From contig CAVYYI010000003.1 of the NCBI GenBank assembly GCA_963772725.1, positions 384,001-448,000 of the forward strand: DNA of 64,000 nt, read 5' to 3'. A model generated the notes under the pieces. That model was not told the DNA's origin, ran no database searches, and worked only from the letters and a program-made list of their open reading frames with translations. Shown here in pieces: positions 61,416 to 64,000 of this stretch. Source of the DNA: an uncultured Phycisphaerales bacterium (GTDB taxonomy: Bacteria; Planctomycetota; Phycisphaerae; Sedimentisphaerales; Anaerobacaceae). A program made the position numbers and the translations under genes. How positions within the stretch are numbered: the stretch's first letter is position 1; each line of letters begins with the position of its first letter.

Positions 61416-62393
61416 GTGGAATTTGATCTTGATTACGCACGAAACGTTATTCAAACCGAGGCACAGGCGATTATGTCTGTGGCGAACATTGTCGATAAGT
61501 CTTTTGCCAAGGCCGCGGAGATGATTTATGCCTGCAAGGGTTCTGTAATTCTCAGCGGTATCGGTAAGGCCGGAATCATCGGTCGCAAAATCAGCGCGAC
61601 CCTCGCATCTACCGGCACACCGAGCCATTTTCTACACCCCGCGGAGGCTGTCCACGGCGATTTGGGCAGACTCAGGAAAGATGACATTGTGATAGTTCTC
61701 AGTCATGGCGGCGAAACCGATGAAGTTACCCGCCTTATCAATCTTGTTAAGCAGTTAAGAATCAAACTCATCGCCATTACAGGCGACGGCGACTCCACCC
61801 TGAGCAGGCATAGTGACGTAACACTGTGCATGGGCAAACAAACCGAGGCCTGCCCGCTCGGCATTGCGCCAAGCGTTTCCACCACCTGCATGCTCGCTAT
61901 CGGCGATGCGCTGGCGTTTACTGTGATGAAGGCCCGTAATTTCAGCGTCGAGGATTACGTCAGGTTTCATCCCGGTGGGTCACTGGGTACAAAATTAATG
62001 ACTGTTGAACAGTCGATGATGTTCAGGCCGGGAGAAAAATTACCAATCGTAAATACAGGCGATACCATCGAACAGCTACTCAAAAAAACAACCGATGTCA
62101 AACGTCACGGCGCCGTGATGGTTGTCGATAAAAAGGGCAGTCTCGCCGGTATAATTACCGATGCGGATATTCGGCGTCTCATCACCGGGCAGGGCGAAAA
62201 AGCTTTCGAATTTATAGTCACTGACGTAATGACGCCGAACTGTAAAAAAATCCGAATCGATGCCCTTGCCGCCGAGGCGACCGCTCTTTTTCATAAGTAC
62301 AGAATTGATGAACTGCCCGTTGTTGACGGCGACGATAAGCCGGTTGGCTTAATCGACGTGCAGGATGTTTTAACGATAAAAGTGGTAGGATGA
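61416..62393 (+). CDS. kdsD: Arabinose-5-phosphate isomerase (KpsF/GutQ, SIS + CBS)
   Basis: GIGKAG, ATLASTGTPS.FLHPAEAVHGDLG, EACPLG, FHPGGSLG, CBS pair; GTG start after GAGGAG. Confidence 0.93.
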   Translation: MEFDLDYARNVIQTEAQAIMSVANIVDKSFAKAAEMIYACKGSVILSGIGKAGIIGRKISATLASTGTPSHFLHPAEAVHGDLGRLRKDDIVIVLSHGGETDEVTRLINLVKQLRIKLIAITGDGDSTLSRHSDVTLCMGKQTEACPLGIAPSVSTTCMLAIGDALAFTVMKARNFSVEDYVRFHPGGSLGTKLMTVEQSMMFRPGEKLPIVNTGDTIEQLLKKTTDVKRHGAVMVVDKKGSLAGIITDADIRRLITGQGEKAFEFIVTDVMTPNCKKIRIDALAAEATALFHKYRIDELPVVDGDDKPVGLIDVQDVLTIKVVG

Positions 62394-62443
62394 AAACAAC
62401 TGCCCTGAATATCACCAAATATTTATAACATGAACTAAAACAA

Positions 62444-62969
62444 ATGAAGAAAAAACAAAAGATTAATTTTGCCGAAATAAAACTTTTGGTGGTGGATGTT
62501 GACGGCGTTCTCACCGATGGCACAATTGCTGTCAATGATAACGGCTCTGAAAGTAAATTCTTCAATTCTCTTGACGGACATGGTATTAGGATGTCGCAGC
62601 GCGCCGGACTTGAAATCGCCATCCTGAGCGGCAGAAATTCCAAATCCACCGCGCAGGGCAAAGGAACTCGGTATTAAAAACGTTCTCCAGAACTGCCACA
62701 ATAAACTCCCCGCTCTTGACAGGCTGCTCAAAAAATTGAAACTCGCGGCTCATCAGACCGCTTATATCGGTGACGACCTGCCGGATATTCCTGTGATGAG
62801 ATGCGTCGGTTTCGGCGTCGCCGTCGCCAACGCCTCAAAGGAGACAAAACAATACGCGGATTACATAACCGTACGTCCCGGCGGAAACGGCGCCGTCAGA
62901 GAAGTTGTTGAATATATTCTTAAAAATACAGGTAAATGGAATGAACTGATGAAAAGATATTTGCAATAA
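62444..62969 (+). CDS. kdsC: KDO-8-phosphate phosphatase (frameshift near 62655)
   Basis: DVDGVLTDG, F...DG.GI, SGR, YIGDDLPD, GGNGAVRE. Confidence 0.93.
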
Positions 62970-62988
62970 ATATTAAGAGGGACCTTTT

Positions 62989-64000
62989 ATGCATATTAAA
63001 TCGAGAAAAATTTTTATATGGATTCTTTCCCTGGCAATAGTCTTTGTTCTGTTCCTGATTTATAAAAAGTTTAATATCTCTCCCATTATAATTACCCAAA
63101 GACCACCAGAACTTCTCCACGACGTTTGCGACCTGAGCAAAAGGAAGGGCAAAGTCGGCACCGTTGAAATCGGTTCGGTCCAGAAAGCTGAATATATATC
63201 AAGAAATGCCAAAACAAAAGAAATCGAAGGCGTTTTCGGCTTCGAAAAACTCCTCAACCAGGCCGAAAATGAATGGGAAATCGAAAAACCCTATCGTATC
63301 ATCTACAAACCTAATTTCGTCTGCCGCGTCACCGCCGACAAAGGCAGCGTCTCAATCGACCCTGCCGCCAGGACCCCCAGCCCAAAAGATGCCGCCCTGA
63401 TTGGAAATGTAGTTATCAGCATCGCCCCGCAAAAAGACAAATATACAGGCGAATATTTTATTTATCTTGATGATATTACATTCGTCAGCGAAAAATCGCT
63501 GTTCACTACCGCCGGCCCTGTAAAACTCGTTTCTCCCGATATTCAGCTTAACGGGAAAGGCCTTGAAGCGGTCTATAACGAAGGTACTGAAAGAATCGAA
63601 TATCTGAAACTCATCAGTCTTGAGAGTCTGCGTATAAAAAATAAAAACAAAACAGAGTTATTTCCATCGGCGAAAAGAGAATCTGTCAGCCCGCCGGCAG
63701 CGGAATCAGTTACCAGTAATGATACAAACCAATCTCCCGGGTTGCCTGCCGCACCAGAAACGTATAAATGTGTTCTTCTCGATAACGTCCGCGTCAGTAC
63801 CCCTGAACATTTAATCACCGCCGATGAACTTTCCATCAGCGACATCATTCTTAAATCGCTAAAAAATAACACTGTCCAGCCCGAAGCCAACGAACCGAAT
63901 CAACCCTCGCCGCAATTAGCAGTTACCCTCGATGTTAATGCTGTACCGGCATCCGTACAGTCAGAACCGAATAAAACGGAATCGCCTTTTTCTGAGATTG
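62989..64000 (+). CDS. LptC/OstA-like envelope protein, truncated by the window end (absent from the ORF track)
   Basis: Open frame from ATG 62989 (MHIKSRKIFIWILSLAIVFVLFLIY...) with WEIEKP, VTADKG and FTTAGPVKL.SPDIQL.GKGLE; follows kdsD-kdsC. Confidence 0.7.
   Translation, partial: MHIKSRKIFIWILSLAIVFVLFLIYKKFNISPIIITQRPPELLHDVCDLSKRKGKVGTVEIGSVQKAEYISRNAKTKEIEGVFGFEKLLNQAENEWEIEKPYRIIYKPNFVCRVTADKGSVSIDPAARTPSPKDAALIGNVVISIAPQKDKYTGEYFIYLDDITFVSEKSLFTTAGPVKLVSPDIQLNGKGLEAVYNEGTERIEYLKLISLESLRIKNKNKTELFPSAKRESVSPPAAESVTSNDTNQSPGLPAAPETYKCVLLDNVRVSTPEHLITADELSISDIILKSLKNNTVQPEANEPNQPSPQLAVTLDVNAVPASVQSEPNKTESPFSEI

Noticed and set aside
3469..62969. Calling the split housekeeping genes pseudogenes or programmed frameshifts
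   Set aside because: Too many core genes are hit, both halves are undegraded, and no common slippery site or stimulatory structure is seen; sequencing error is simpler

Overview
Bacterial chromosomal segment, mostly housekeeping genes: ftsK, corA, purFM, tRNA-Leu(TAG), xseAB, proS, yebC, typA, mtnN, dtd, hisA, rnc, pdaD-speB, pyrKD, kdsDC and an lptC-like gene. Gene content (DUF2617- and DUF6677-like genes, dockerin-tailed S8 protease, MshEN-like Ser/Thr kinase, TMTC-like TPR glycosyltransferases) suggests a Planctomycetota, probably Phycisphaerae, genome; this is inference. About 17 frameshifts plus one in-frame TAG (in proS) interrupt otherwise intact genes. That pattern points to an unpolished long-read consensus, so split ORFs are reported as single genes. 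Mobile or accessory DNA seen directly: a complete 1536-bp IS66 (ISBst12-type) element with 23-bp TIRs and an 8-bp TSD; an AT-rich one-gene islet bounded by a perfect 41-bp duplication of the xseA 3' end; REP-like palindromes; scattered 4-copy heptamer arrays; two rod-shaped structured intergenic elements; and three gene remnants. Best candidates for undescribed biology: an orphan ParA ATPase fused to a glycogen-binding CBM48 module, a radical SAM + UbiA + methyltransferase cluster, and an exported MTA/SAH nucleosidase paired with a purine permease. No CRISPR array, rRNA or prophage was seen. All family assignments come from motif recognition, not database searches.
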